DNA of 43,401 nucleotides. Source: an uncultured Collinsella sp. (GTDB lineage: Bacteria > Actinomycetota > Coriobacteriia > Coriobacteriales > Coriobacteriaceae). Shown here piece by piece: positions 8,661 through 17,894 of this stretch. The position numbers were made by a program, and so were the translations under genes. Position 1 is the first letter of the stretch, and every line of letters starts with the position of its first letter. The notes below the pieces were generated by a model. That model was not told the origin of the DNA. It did no database searches and saw only the letters and a list, made by a program, of their open reading frames with translations. The stretch covers positions 1 to 43,401 of the forward strand of contig CAUCCR010000001.1 of NCBI GenBank assembly GCA_958441355.1. The letters are read 5' to 3'.

Positions 8661-9755
8661 ATGGGTCTGATTCAAAAGAAGGACGAGAAGGACGAGATCG
8701 ACGGCATCCAGATCATCGAGCGCGGCGAAGGCCCCGATGGTGATGAGGAGGAGAAGATCGATCTGGTCGCCGGTACGTCTGCCGAACATATTGCCGCCGG
8801 TACGACGGCCGAGGAGGAGGACGCTCGCCTGGAGGCAAAGATCGCCGCGGACGCCGCCGACGAGAACCTCATGCCCGAGGAGCAGGACGAGGACGACGAT
8901 ATCCTGGGTTCCGACGAAGACGACCGCGCATCCAAGCACAAGAAGACGATGATTGCCGCCTTCGTGGTTGCAGTCGTGATCGCTGCTGTGGTCGGCTTCT
9001 TTATCGGCAACGGTGGTTTTGGCGGCAAGGGCGTCGGCTCGGCGACCCTCACCGAGGACCAGCTCGATTCGACCGTGGCAAGCTACAGCTACAACGGCAA
9101 GAAGAGCGACATCACCGCGCGCGAGGCCATTGAGAGCCAGTACAGCCTCGACACCGTCAAGGATGGCGATGGCAACTACACCGCTCCCTCTGCCGACGTC
9201 ATCCTGTCCTACGTGCGCAACAAGATCCTGCTCGACGCTGCCGAGGACGAGGGCATCACCGTCTCTTCTAAGGAGATGAAGAAGTACGCCGAGGATTCCA
9301 TCGGCACTTCGGACTACAAGACCATGGCCACGCAGTATGGCGTGTCCAAGGACCAGGCCAAGCAGATCGTCCGTCAGTCCGCGACGCTGCAGAAGCTCTA
9401 CAAGAAGAAGGTGGGCGATAGCTCCGCAAGCATGCCGACCGCCCCGACCGAGCCTGCTGACGGCAACGAGGAGACCGCGAGCAAGGACTACGCCGATTAC
9501 ATCATCAAACTTGCCGGCGACGAGTGGGATAGCGAAAAGGGCACCTGGAAGGACGCCGATAGCACCTACGCTAAGGCCTTCGCTGACGATGCCTTTACGG
9601 CTGATAGCGCTACCTACAAGCAGGCCATGACCGCCTATTACACCGCCTACCAGCAGTACTCTTCGCAGGCTTCGAGCGCCAGCTCCAAGTGGACCGAGTA
9701 TGCTAACGGCCTGTATGCCAAGGCCAACATCAGCATCTATGGTCTGTTTGCATAA
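8661..9755 (+). CDS. Membrane-anchored SurA/PrsA N-terminal-like protein, hypothetical
   Basis: AAGGAG RBS; acidic N-terminus, one TM helix, then ..KILLDAAEDEGITVSSKEM.. resembling the SurA N domain. Confidence 0.55.
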   Translation: MGLIQKKDEKDEIDGIQIIERGEGPDGDEEEKIDLVAGTSAEHIAAGTTAEEEDARLEAKIAADAADENLMPEEQDEDDDILGSDEDDRASKHKKTMIAAFVVAVVIAAVVGFFIGNGGFGGKGVGSATLTEDQLDSTVASYSYNGKKSDITAREAIESQYSLDTVKDGDGNYTAPSADVILSYVRNKILLDAAEDEGITVSSKEMKKYAEDSIGTSDYKTMATQYGVSKDQAKQIVRQSATLQKLYKKKVGDSSASMPTAPTEPADGNEETASKDYADYIIKLAGDEWDSEKGTWKDADSTYAKAFADDAFTADSATYKQAMTAYYTAYQQYSSQASSASSKWTEYANGLYAKANISIYGLFA

Positions 9756-9797
9756 GGTTTGCCTGCACTACTGCGCGCTAGCCGATCTGCCTGATTT

Positions 9798-9834
9798 AGC
9801 CCGCTAGAACGGACAACGTTCTAGCGGGCTTTTT
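9798..9834 (+). terminator. Rho-independent terminator
   Basis: AGCCCGCTAGAACG..CGTTCTAGCGGGCT followed by TTTT. Confidence 0.85.
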
Positions 9835-10257
9835 GCTGCCGAAACCACTGGGGTAGGCCTTGCGCCCGCGCAAACGCTCCATCGCGCTTCCCTAATTCAT
9901 CTGGGAAAACAACTGCAAACGATTGCAAGTAACCGGTGAACGGTCGAAAACTACCGTTCACCGATAATCTCAAAACTGGTTCTAACTGGTATTAAGTCAA
10001 AAAGACCAATTCACATATCTTCACAATGACCTGCAATTTTTCTTCACGCTATTTTTAGCCGCCCTGCGTTGTTTAGACACAGGAAAAGATCCGATCTTTT
10101 GCCAAAGCATTTCGGAACGGTTTCAAAACCGCAGGTAGAAGTGTTAACGACCGGTAAACGGTCGATTTATCACCATGAGCGGTGCAAAAACGTTTTACCG
10201 TATGAATCAACGAAAGCGACCTCTTCTGGGGTGATATAGTGACAACAACACGTCACG

Positions 10258-10286
10258 TGGTTACTACCAGTTTAGAAACCACTGGT
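10258..10286. promoter_or_regulatory. Putative GntR operator upstream of PTS operon
   Basis: TGGTTACTACCAG, identical to 14551-14563 upstream of agaS. Confidence 0.6.
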
Positions 10287-10386
10287 CTTCAAAGTACGCT
10301 TTCTAAGAAGCTTTAAGGGCGAGCGCCCGCTGGCTTCCGAAAATCATCGGACTCAGATCGTACACACCTTCGGAAGGGAAATTTGA

Positions 10387-10830
10387 ATGGTTGGCTTTAT
10401 TCTTACCGGTCATGGACAGTTCGCACCCGGCCTCGCAAGCGCTATCGCTATGGTTGCTGGCGACCAGCCCGCTTTTACCGTCGTTCCTTTTGAGGGCGAC
10501 CAGGCTGCTTCCTACGGTGAGGATCTCCGCGCCGCTATTACCGCCATGCGCGAGGAGTGCGATGGCGTGCTCGTCTTTACCGACCTGCTTGGTGGCACCC
10601 CGTTCAACCAGTCGATGATGATTGCCCAGGATGTCGACAACGTCGAGGTTCTGACCGGCACCAACCTTCCCATGGTTATTGAGCTTCTGTTCCTCCGCGG
10701 CAACGCCACGCTCGCCGAGCTTGGCGAGCAGGCCGTGACCGTTGGCCAGACGGGCATCACCGCCCAGACGGTCGCATCCGTTGCCGGCTCCGACGAAGAG
10801 GATATCTTCGGCGACGAGGACGGCATCTAA
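10387..10830 (+). CDS. agaF: PTS mannose-family EIIA (AgaF-like)
   Basis: ILTGHGQFA, VLVFTDLLGGTPFN, GTNLPM. Confidence 0.85.
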   Translation: MVGFILTGHGQFAPGLASAIAMVAGDQPAFTVVPFEGDQAASYGEDLRAAITAMREECDGVLVFTDLLGGTPFNQSMMIAQDVDNVEVLTGTNLPMVIELLFLRGNATLAELGEQAVTVGQTGITAQTVASVAGSDEEDIFGDEDGI

Positions 10831-11111
10831 TGGCCGATTTCGGAGCCAATGTCCTGAGCTCCTCGGTCGCCCTTTTAGGTCTGCTTGCCATCATGGGCTT
10901 GATTTACACCATCTGGTCGCAAATCAACATGAAGAAGAAGCAGAAGTACTTCAAGGAGCTGCACACCGAGCTCAAGCCGGGTCAAGAGGTTCTTTTCGCC
11001 GGCGGTATCTACGGAACCGTCAAAGGCATCGAAGGCGAGAAGGTCCAGATCAAAGTCCGATCCGGAGCCGTCGTAGATGTTTCGCGTTACGCGATTCAGG
11101 AGATCAAGTAA
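10830..11111 (+). CDS. yajC: YajC-like preprotein translocase subunit
   Basis: One TM helix then ELKPGQEVLFAGGIYGTV..VSRYAI; translationally coupled to EIIA. Confidence 0.8.
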   Translation: MADFGANVLSSSVALLGLLAIMGLIYTIWSQINMKKKQKYFKELHTELKPGQEVLFAGGIYGTVKGIEGEKVQIKVRSGAVVDVSRYAIQEIK

Positions 11112-11147
11112 CTGTCGTCAGCAAATAACGAAAGGAAGCTGATCAAC

Positions 11148-11630
11148 ATGGCAGAACCCAACATTCTTCTTACCCGCATCGATAACCGACTGGTTCATGG
11201 TCAGGTTGCCACCCAGTGGAACTCCACCCTGGGCTCCAACCTCATCCTCGTCGCCAACGACGACGTGGCGTCCAACACCATGCGCCAGAACCTCATGAAG
11301 ATGGCCGCTCCCGCCGGCGTCGCTACGCGTTTCTTCTCTCTGCAGAAGACCATCGACGTCATTGGCAAGGCGAGCCCGCGCCAGAAGATCTTCATCGTGG
11401 CCGAAACACCGGAAGACGTGCTTACGCTCGTCAAGGGCGGTGTGCCTATAAAGAAGGTAAACATCGGCAACATGCACATGTCGGAAGGAAAGCGCCAAGT
11501 CGCCACCTCCGTCGCAGTTAACGACGAGGATGTCGCTGCGTTTAAAGAGCTGCAGGAATTGGGGGTGGAGTTGGAGATCAGGCGCGTTCCGAGCACGCCT
11601 GTTGAGGACACGAGCAAGCTCTTCTCGTAA
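11148..11630 (+). CDS. agaV: PTS mannose-family EIIB (AgaV-like)
   Basis: RIDNRLVHGQV with phosphorylatable His; VNIGNM. Confidence 0.9.
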   Translation: MAEPNILLTRIDNRLVHGQVATQWNSTLGSNLILVANDDVASNTMRQNLMKMAAPAGVATRFFSLQKTIDVIGKASPRQKIFIVAETPEDVLTLVKGGVPIKKVNIGNMHMSEGKRQVATSVAVNDEDVAAFKELQELGVELEIRRVPSTPVEDTSKLFS

Positions 11631-11720
11631 TCCTCGTGATCCACGTTGTCAGGAGTGAAACCCTGACGTTCTGTACGTGAAATCCAAAGTGCGTACATAC
11701 ATTTTGAAAGGAGGAGCAAG

Positions 11721-12521
11721 ATGGAATACTCGATCATCCAGATCGCTCTGGTCTTCGTCGTCACGTTCATCGCGGCAATCGACCAGTTTGACTTCCTCGA
11801 GTCTCTCTATCAGCCCATCGTCACCGGCGCCGTCATCGGTCTTATCCTTGGCGACCTCAACACCGGTCTTCTCGTGGGTGGTACCTATCAGCTCATGACG
11901 ATCGGCAACATGCCGATCGGAGGCGCTCAGCCGCCTAACGCCGTCATCGGCGGCATCATGGCAGCCATTCTCGCTATCGCCACGGGCCTCGAGCCCAACG
12001 CGGCAGTCGGTCTCGCCATTCCGTTCGCTCTGCTTGGCCAGCTCGGCGTTACCCTGGTCTTCACGCTTATGTCCCCGCTTATGTCCACGGCCGATAACAT
12101 GGCTCACAACGCGGACACCAAGGGCATCGAGCGCCTGAACTACTTCGCCATGGCTCTGCTCGGCCTGATCTTCGCTGTCGTCGTCACCCTGTTCTTCATC
12201 GCTGGCGCTACCATTGGTCAGACCATCGCTTCCGCCATCCCGACTTGGCTGCAGACCGGTCTGTCCGCTGCAGGCGGCATGATGCGCTTCGTCGGCTTCG
12301 CCGTCCTGCTCAAGGTTATGATGAACCGCGATATGTGGGGCTTCTTCCTCATGGGCTTTGGCCTCGCGCTCATCACCGTTGCCAACGATTCGCTGGCAAC
12401 CCCTGCTCTGCTCATCCTCGCTCTCATCGGCTTCGGCATCGCTTTCTGGGACTTCCAGCAGCAGACCGAGCTGAAGGGTGCAGCTGTTTCTGACGGAGGT
12501 GACTTCGAAGATGGCATCTAA
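11721..12521 (+). CDS. PTS mannose-family EIIC (AgaW/AgaC-like)
   Basis: QPIVTG..GLILGDL.TGL.VGG, GGAQPPN, GFAVLL. Confidence 0.9.
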   Translation: MEYSIIQIALVFVVTFIAAIDQFDFLESLYQPIVTGAVIGLILGDLNTGLLVGGTYQLMTIGNMPIGGAQPPNAVIGGIMAAILAIATGLEPNAAVGLAIPFALLGQLGVTLVFTLMSPLMSTADNMAHNADTKGIERLNYFAMALLGLIFAVVVTLFFIAGATIGQTIASAIPTWLQTGLSAAGGMMRFVGFAVLLKVMMNRDMWGFFLMGFGLALITVANDSLATPALLILALIGFGIAFWDFQQQTELKGAAVSDGGDFEDGI

Positions 12522-13593
12522 TGAGTATGTGATCCCGGAGCACTACGAGGATCTCACTCCTGCTCCGCAGCTCGACCAGAAGACCCTCAACAAGATGGCT
12601 TGGCGCTCCTGCTTCCTGCAGGCATCGTTCAACTACGAGCGCATGCAGGCCGCTGGCTGGCTCTACTCCATCATCCCCGGTCTGGAGAAGATCCACACCA
12701 ACAAGAACGACCTCGCGGCTTCCATGAGCCACAACCTGGAGTTCTTCAACACCCACCCGTTCCTTGTCACCTTTGTTATGGGCATCGTGCTTTCGCTCGA
12801 GCAGAACAAGGTTGACATCCCCACGATCCGCGCCGTCCGCGTCGCCGCAATGGGCCCGCTCGGTGGTATCGGTGACGCCCTGTTCTGGCTGACGCTCGTG
12901 CCTATCACGGCCGGCATCACCTCCAACATGGCCATCAACGGCAACGCCGCTGCACCGATCATCTTCCTGGTGATCTTCAACGTCGTCCAGTTCGCTCTGC
13001 GCTTCTGGCTCATGAACTGGTCCTACAAGCTTGGCACCAGCGCTATTGACGCTCTGACCGCCAACATGCAGGCCTTCACGCGTGCCGCTTCCATCATGGG
13101 CGTCTTCGTCGTCGGTTGCCTGGTCGTCACCATGGGTGGCACCCAGATCAACCTCCAGATCCCCAACGGCACCACCCGTGGTCTCTCCGCTACTACCGTG
13201 ATCGTCTCCGAGAAGGAGGCCGAGAACTTCACCGGTATGGAGGGCATCGATACCGAGACCGCTGAGGCCGGTACCATCGCCATGACCGATAAGGACGGCA
13301 ACGCCCTTACCGCTTCCGATGCCGACGGCAACGCTGTCGAGTGCGGCGTCACCGATCTGGGTAACGGCATGGAGTCCGTGACCTACGGCACCGTTACCGA
13401 GGATCCGGTCAACTTCTCTGTTGCCGACACCCTCAACACCATCGTCCCGAAGCTCGTCCCGCTTATGCTTACGCTGCTGCTTTACTACATGTTCGCTAAG
13501 CACAGCTGGACCCCGACCAAGGGCATTCTCCTGCTCTTCGTCCTTGGCATCCTGGGCGCTGGCCCGCTTGGTCTCTGGCCGAGCATCTGGTAA
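12511..13593 (+). CDS. PTS mannose-family EIID with large acidic insertion
   Basis: QASFNYERMQA.G, FFNTHP, MGPLGGIGDALFW; GGAGG RBS, overlaps EIIC stop. Confidence 0.9.
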   Translation: MASNEYVIPEHYEDLTPAPQLDQKTLNKMAWRSCFLQASFNYERMQAAGWLYSIIPGLEKIHTNKNDLAASMSHNLEFFNTHPFLVTFVMGIVLSLEQNKVDIPTIRAVRVAAMGPLGGIGDALFWLTLVPITAGITSNMAINGNAAAPIIFLVIFNVVQFALRFWLMNWSYKLGTSAIDALTANMQAFTRAASIMGVFVVGCLVVTMGGTQINLQIPNGTTRGLSATTVIVSEKEAENFTGMEGIDTETAEAGTIAMTDKDGNALTASDADGNAVECGVTDLGNGMESVTYGTVTEDPVNFSVADTLNTIVPKLVPLMLTLLLYYMFAKHSWTPTKGILLLFVLGILGAGPLGLWPSIW

Positions 13594-13659
13594 GGCTCTA
13601 GCTTGAGGGGTGTGTCCCTACGCGGCTCACACCCCGACCCCTTAAGCCATGTGTATGTT

Positions 13660-13698
13660 AAAAGCCGCGTGCTCGAAAGAGCGCGCGGCTTTTGTTTT
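13660..13698 (+). terminator. Rho-independent terminator
   Basis: AAAAGCCGCGTGCTC-GAAA-GAGCGCGCGGCTTTT. Confidence 0.85.
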
Positions 13699-13778
13699 CT
13701 TGTTGATTCGGGTGTGGCAGACAGATAATGCTAAACACCCTAGGTAGTTAGCCGAATTCGAGCAAAAGGGAGGATAGG

Positions 13779-14510
13779 ATGGCGATCGGAGCGCGTAAGC
13801 AACCGCTGTACGATCAGCTGGTCGATATTCTGACCGAAAAGATTGACCATGAATATCGCGCCGGTGACATGATTCCTTCCGAGCGCGAACTTTCGGAGCG
13901 CTATGGTCTCTCGCGCACTACGGTACGCCTGGCTCTGCAGGAACTGGAGCGTTTAGGACTGGTGGTTCGGCAGCACGGTCGCGGTACCTTTGTGACCGAC
14001 CGTTCGGCAAAAGCAACCAATCTTATGCAGTCCTACAGCTTTACCGAGCAGATGCGCGCGATGGGTCGAGAACCCGAGACCACGATTCTCGAGTTTTGCG
14101 AGATGGAGGCCGATAAGAATCTGGCCGAGCATATGGGATTGCGCATCGGTGATCGCATTTTTAAGCTCAAGCGCCTTCGTTCTGCCGACAACATGCCCAT
14201 GATGGTCGAACGCAGCTATCTACCGGTTCGTCAATTTCTGTCCCTAAAGCGACCGCTGCTGGAGCGTAAGCCGCTTTACGATGTGATTGAGCAGGACTTT
14301 CAGCAAAAGATTCGCGTGGCCGAAGAGGAGTTCTATGCGAGCATAGCCCGTCACACCGATGCCCACCTTTTGGGAATTGTCGAGGGCTCGCCTGTGCTCG
14401 ATTTGGTCAGGACTACGTATAACGAGTCAAACGAGGTAGTGGAGTACACACTCTCGGTTGCTCGTGCCGATCAGTTTAAATACAAGGTTTACCACCAGCG
14501 CAGTAACTAG
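13779..14510 (+). CDS. GntR (HutC/UTRA) family transcriptional regulator
   Basis: PSERELSERYGLSRTTVR.AL, GRGTFV, SFTEQM, UTRA-like C-terminus. Confidence 0.93.
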   Translation: MAIGARKQPLYDQLVDILTEKIDHEYRAGDMIPSERELSERYGLSRTTVRLALQELERLGLVVRQHGRGTFVTDRSAKATNLMQSYSFTEQMRAMGREPETTILEFCEMEADKNLAEHMGLRIGDRIFKLKRLRSADNMPMMVERSYLPVRQFLSLKRPLLERKPLYDVIEQDFQQKIRVAEEEFYASIARHTDAHLLGIVEGSPVLDLVRTTYNESNEVVEYTLSVARADQFKYKVYHQRSN

Positions 14511-14549
14511 TGCTCGCATCGTTTCCATATGGTGATTCTTTGCATTTAA

Positions 14550-14585
14550 CTGGTTACTACCAGATAACCAACCGAAGTGTATAAT
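14550..14585 (+). promoter_or_regulatory. agaS promoter with putative GntR operator
   Basis: Palindrome CTGGT-TACT-ACCAG (14550-14563) over the -35 position; TATAAT at 14580-14585. Confidence 0.6.
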
Positions 14586-14624
14586 TGCACGTCAGAGGAT
14601 TACTTCTAGAGAGAGGTATTAGAA

Positions 14625-15791
14625 ATGTTCGAGAAGAGTGTCGAGGAGCTTACCGAGCTCGGCGCCCAGATCACCACGGCCGAGATTGCTCAGCAGCCCG
14701 AGCTTTGGCGTGATACGCTCAACATCTATCGCGAGAACAAGGAGGCCATCGAGGCCTTTCTGGCTGAGGCTCGCGCTATGGGCGAGGGCCGTCTGTCCGT
14801 TGTCTTCACCGGTGCCGGTACGTCCGACTACGTTGGCGATACCTGCGCCCCGTACCTGCGTCACGCTGGCAACACTGATCTCTACGACTTTAAGCCCATC
14901 GCAACGACCGACATCGTGAGCGCCCCGCGCGACTTCCTGCGCGCCGAGGATCCCACGCTCGTGGTTTCCTTTGCCCGCTCTGGCAATAGCCCCGAGAGCC
15001 TTGCCGCCGTTGCCGTTGCCAAGGAGCTCGTCCACAACGTCAAGTTCCTCAACATCACCTGCGCTCCCGAGGGCAAGCTCGCCGTCGAGTCTGCCGATGA
15101 CCCCAACGCGCTGACGCTGCTCATTCCGCGTGCCAACGACAAGGGCTTCGCCATGACCGGTTCTTATTCCTGCATGACTTTGCTCTCCACCCTTATTTTT
15201 GACACTGCCTCTGACGAGCAGAAGGCTGAATGGGTCGAGACCATCGCCAAGATGGGCGAGGAGGTTATCGCTCGCGAGTCCGAGGTCGCCGATTACCTGG
15301 CTGGCGACTTCAACCGCGTGACCTACTTGGGTTCTGGCTCCTTCGGTGGCCTTGCCCAGGAGAGCCAGCTCAAGATCCTCGAGCTCGCTCACGGTCTGGT
15401 CGCTACTTCCTACGACACCTCCATGGGCTATCGTCACGGACCTAAGTCCTTCGTCGACGATAAGACGCTCGTCTTCGTGTTCGTCAACAACGACGCCTAC
15501 ACCCGTCAGTACGACATCGACATCCTCAACGAGATCGGTGGCGACGAGATCGCTCAGCACACCATCGCCGTTCAGCAGGAAGGTGCCACCGTCTATGAGG
15601 GTGAGTCCTTCACCTTTAAGGGCTACGAGGCACTTCCCGAGGGTTACCTTGCTCTGCCGTTCGTGATGTTTGCCCAGGCTATCAGCCTGCTCAACTCCGT
15701 CCGCGTGGGCAACACGCCCGATACGCCGAGCCCCACCGGCACGGTCAACCGCGTGGTTAAGGGCGTGACGATTCACCCCTTCACCGCTTAA
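14625..15791 (+). CDS. agaS: SIS-domain galactosamine-6-phosphate deaminase/isomerase AgaS
   Basis: EIAQQPELW, FTGAGTS, VSFARSGNSPES, FAMTGSYS, RHGPKS, PDTPSPTGTVNRVVKGV. Confidence 0.92.
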   Translation: MFEKSVEELTELGAQITTAEIAQQPELWRDTLNIYRENKEAIEAFLAEARAMGEGRLSVVFTGAGTSDYVGDTCAPYLRHAGNTDLYDFKPIATTDIVSAPRDFLRAEDPTLVVSFARSGNSPESLAAVAVAKELVHNVKFLNITCAPEGKLAVESADDPNALTLLIPRANDKGFAMTGSYSCMTLLSTLIFDTASDEQKAEWVETIAKMGEEVIARESEVADYLAGDFNRVTYLGSGSFGGLAQESQLKILELAHGLVATSYDTSMGYRHGPKSFVDDKTLVFVFVNNDAYTRQYDIDILNEIGGDEIAQHTIAVQQEGATVYEGESFTFKGYEALPEGYLALPFVMFAQAISLLNSVRVGNTPDTPSPTGTVNRVVKGVTIHPFTA

Positions 15792-15809
15792 TCGCGTCCC
15801 CCTGTAAGG

Positions 15810-15850
15810 GCGCCCGTCCGCTCATAACGGCGGGCGGGCGCTTTTTGTTT
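15810..15850 (+). terminator. Rho-independent terminator
   Basis: GCGCCCGTCCGC..GCGGGCGGGCGC followed by TTTTT. Confidence 0.75.
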
Positions 15851-15908
15851 TACGTGAGCTGGGTATAAGCATTACCACAGTCAACTGCTTTAGAAGCGAG
15901 GAGTGCAT

Positions 15909-17078
15909 ATGAGCACGTACGCAATTAAGGCTGACAAGTTCTTCTTGCCGGCAGGCCCGCAACTGGGCGGCTATCTTATGGTCGAGGATGGCGTTTTTGG
16001 CGCCTGGCAGGCCGACGAGCCCTCTTGCGAGATTAAGGACTACACGGGATCGTGGATCGCACCGGGTATGGTCGATACTCACATCCATGGCTTCTACAAC
16101 CACTCAACTACCGATAACGATCCCGAGGGCATCGATATCAGCTCAACCGAGCTCGCCCGTCGCGGTACCACCAGCTGGCTGCCCACGACGTTCACCGATG
16201 GCGTCGAACAGATCAAGGACGCCTGCGCTGCTATCGCCAAGGCGGACGAGGGCCGCGGCCCCGACTTCTGCGGTGCCCGCATTCAGGGCATCTACCTGGA
16301 GGGCCCCTTCTTTACCATGAAGCACGTGGGCGCGCAGAACCCCGCTTACCTGATTGACCCCTCCGAGGAGGTTTTCGACCAGTGGCAGGAGGCTGCGGGC
16401 GGTCGCATCGTTAAGAGCGCCATGGCCGCCGAGCGCGACGGTGCCGCTGCTTATGCGGCTGCTCTGAACGCCAAGGGCGTGGTGACCAGCATCGGTCACT
16501 CCGACGCCACCTACGATGAGTGCATCGCCGCTATCAATGCCGGTGCCAGCTGCTTTACGCATACCTATAACGGCCAGCGCGGTCTGCATCACCGTGAGCC
16601 CGGTGTCGTGGGTGCTGCCATGTCCACGCCCGAGACCTACGCCGAGATCATCTGTGACGGCAAGCACGTAAACCCTGCCGCCATCAAGGCACTGCTGCAG
16701 GCAAAGGGCTGGCAGCACACGGTGCTCATCACCGACTGCCTGGGCTGCGGCGGCATGCCCGAGGGCAGCTACACCAGTGGTGGCATGGACGTCATCATGA
16801 AGGACAACCTGTGCTGGCTCGCCGACGGCAAAAGCATTGCCGGCTCGGTGCTCACGCTTGCCCAGGGCGTCAAGAACATTGTCGATTGGGGCATCGCCAG
16901 CGCTGATATCGCCATTCGCATGGCAACCGAGGTGCCGGCTCGCTCTGCGCACATCGAGGATAAGTGCGGCAGCATCATGCCGGGTCGCGACGCCGACTTT
17001 GTCGTGTTCGACCATGAGCTCACCCTCGTCGAGACGTATGTTGGCGGCCAGAGCGTCGGCAACGCCTTTACCGATTAA
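15909..17078 (+). CDS. nagA: N-acetylhexosamine-6-phosphate deacetylase (NagA/AgaA)
   Basis: PGMVDTHIHG, YLEGPF, GHSDA, THTYNG, ICDGKHV, IAGSVLTL. Confidence 0.95.
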   Translation: MSTYAIKADKFFLPAGPQLGGYLMVEDGVFGAWQADEPSCEIKDYTGSWIAPGMVDTHIHGFYNHSTTDNDPEGIDISSTELARRGTTSWLPTTFTDGVEQIKDACAAIAKADEGRGPDFCGARIQGIYLEGPFFTMKHVGAQNPAYLIDPSEEVFDQWQEAAGGRIVKSAMAAERDGAAAYAAALNAKGVVTSIGHSDATYDECIAAINAGASCFTHTYNGQRGLHHREPGVVGAAMSTPETYAEIICDGKHVNPAAIKALLQAKGWQHTVLITDCLGCGGMPEGSYTSGGMDVIMKDNLCWLADGKSIAGSVLTLAQGVKNIVDWGIASADIAIRMATEVPARSAHIEDKCGSIMPGRDADFVVFDHELTLVETYVGGQSVGNAFTD

Positions 17079-17090
17079 CGATAGAAAAAG

Positions 17091-17122
17091 ACGGCGGGCC
17101 CGAATCTGCTCGGACCCGCCGT
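17091..17122. terminator. Terminator hairpin between convergent genes
   Basis: ACGGCGGG.CCGA..TCGG.CCCGCCGT preceded by an A-tract (U-tract on the minus strand). Confidence 0.6.
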
Positions 17123-17153
17123 ATGGGTTAAACGCTCAAAAGCACCTTAACAG

Positions 17154-17738
17154 TTACAGCTTGTTAACGATCTTCTTTGCCGTGCGCTTGACGCCGGCCA
17201 CAAGACCCCCCGCGGGATGCTCCTTTTCGTATGCTAGACGCTTCTCGCGCTTGGCGTACTCTTCGACGATGATGTCGCCATACTCGTCTTCGATCTTGTC
17301 GAAGAAGTCGACGGCGCCCTTAATTTCCTCAGCGGTCGGGTGTCCCTTCTGGACGCCGCCGGTGAGTTTGAACGGCCCCCACGTATCAAAGCCGGGACAG
17401 CCGTAGACGCCCATAAAGATGGCCTGCCTCATGCGGCAGATGCCATCGATATCCTTGCCGTACCACTTGTTTTTGCCACCGTAGGTCATAAGGCCAAACA
17501 CCTTGTCCTGCGGCTGCAGCACGTTCGTGAGCACGCGTGCCATGTCCTTGTCGATCTCGGAGTAATAGATGCCCGTGGCGACACCGATCAGATGGTATTC
17601 GTGCAGGTCGGGGTACTCGTTTTTACCGAGTGACTTCACGTCGAGGGTATCGATCTCGGGGTGCGCCTCGACGATGGCGTCCACGAGCTTTTTCGTATTG
17701 CCGTGGTGGTGTGAGGCATAAAGGATGATGGTTCGCAT
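17154..17738 (-). CDS. Flavodoxin-like protein
   Basis: MRTIILYASHHHGNTKK, IGVATGIY, GFDTWGPFKLTGG..KGHP; only the last 194 aa of the 542-aa track ORF are real. Confidence 0.8.
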   Translation of the reverse strand: MRTIILYASHHHGNTKKLVDAIVEAHPEIDTLDVKSLGKNEYPDLHEYHLIGVATGIYYSEIDKDMARVLTNVLQPQDKVFGLMTYGGKNKWYGKDIDGICRMRQAIFMGVYGCPGFDTWGPFKLTGGVQKGHPTAEEIKGAVDFFDKIEDEYGDIIVEEYAKREKRLAYEKEHPAGGLVAGVKRTAKKIVNKL

Positions 17739-17894
17739 AAGAAGGCCTTTCAGCTGTAATTGCATCAATGTCTGTATGGTACCCCGTTGCATGGCTGGGA
17801 AACCGGACGCATCGATGAACGTGCGGGTTTGTCCTTTGGTCAGGGCCGAGACGGGTTCTTGCGAGCAAAAAGCAGTTGTTCGAAAGGATGGACA

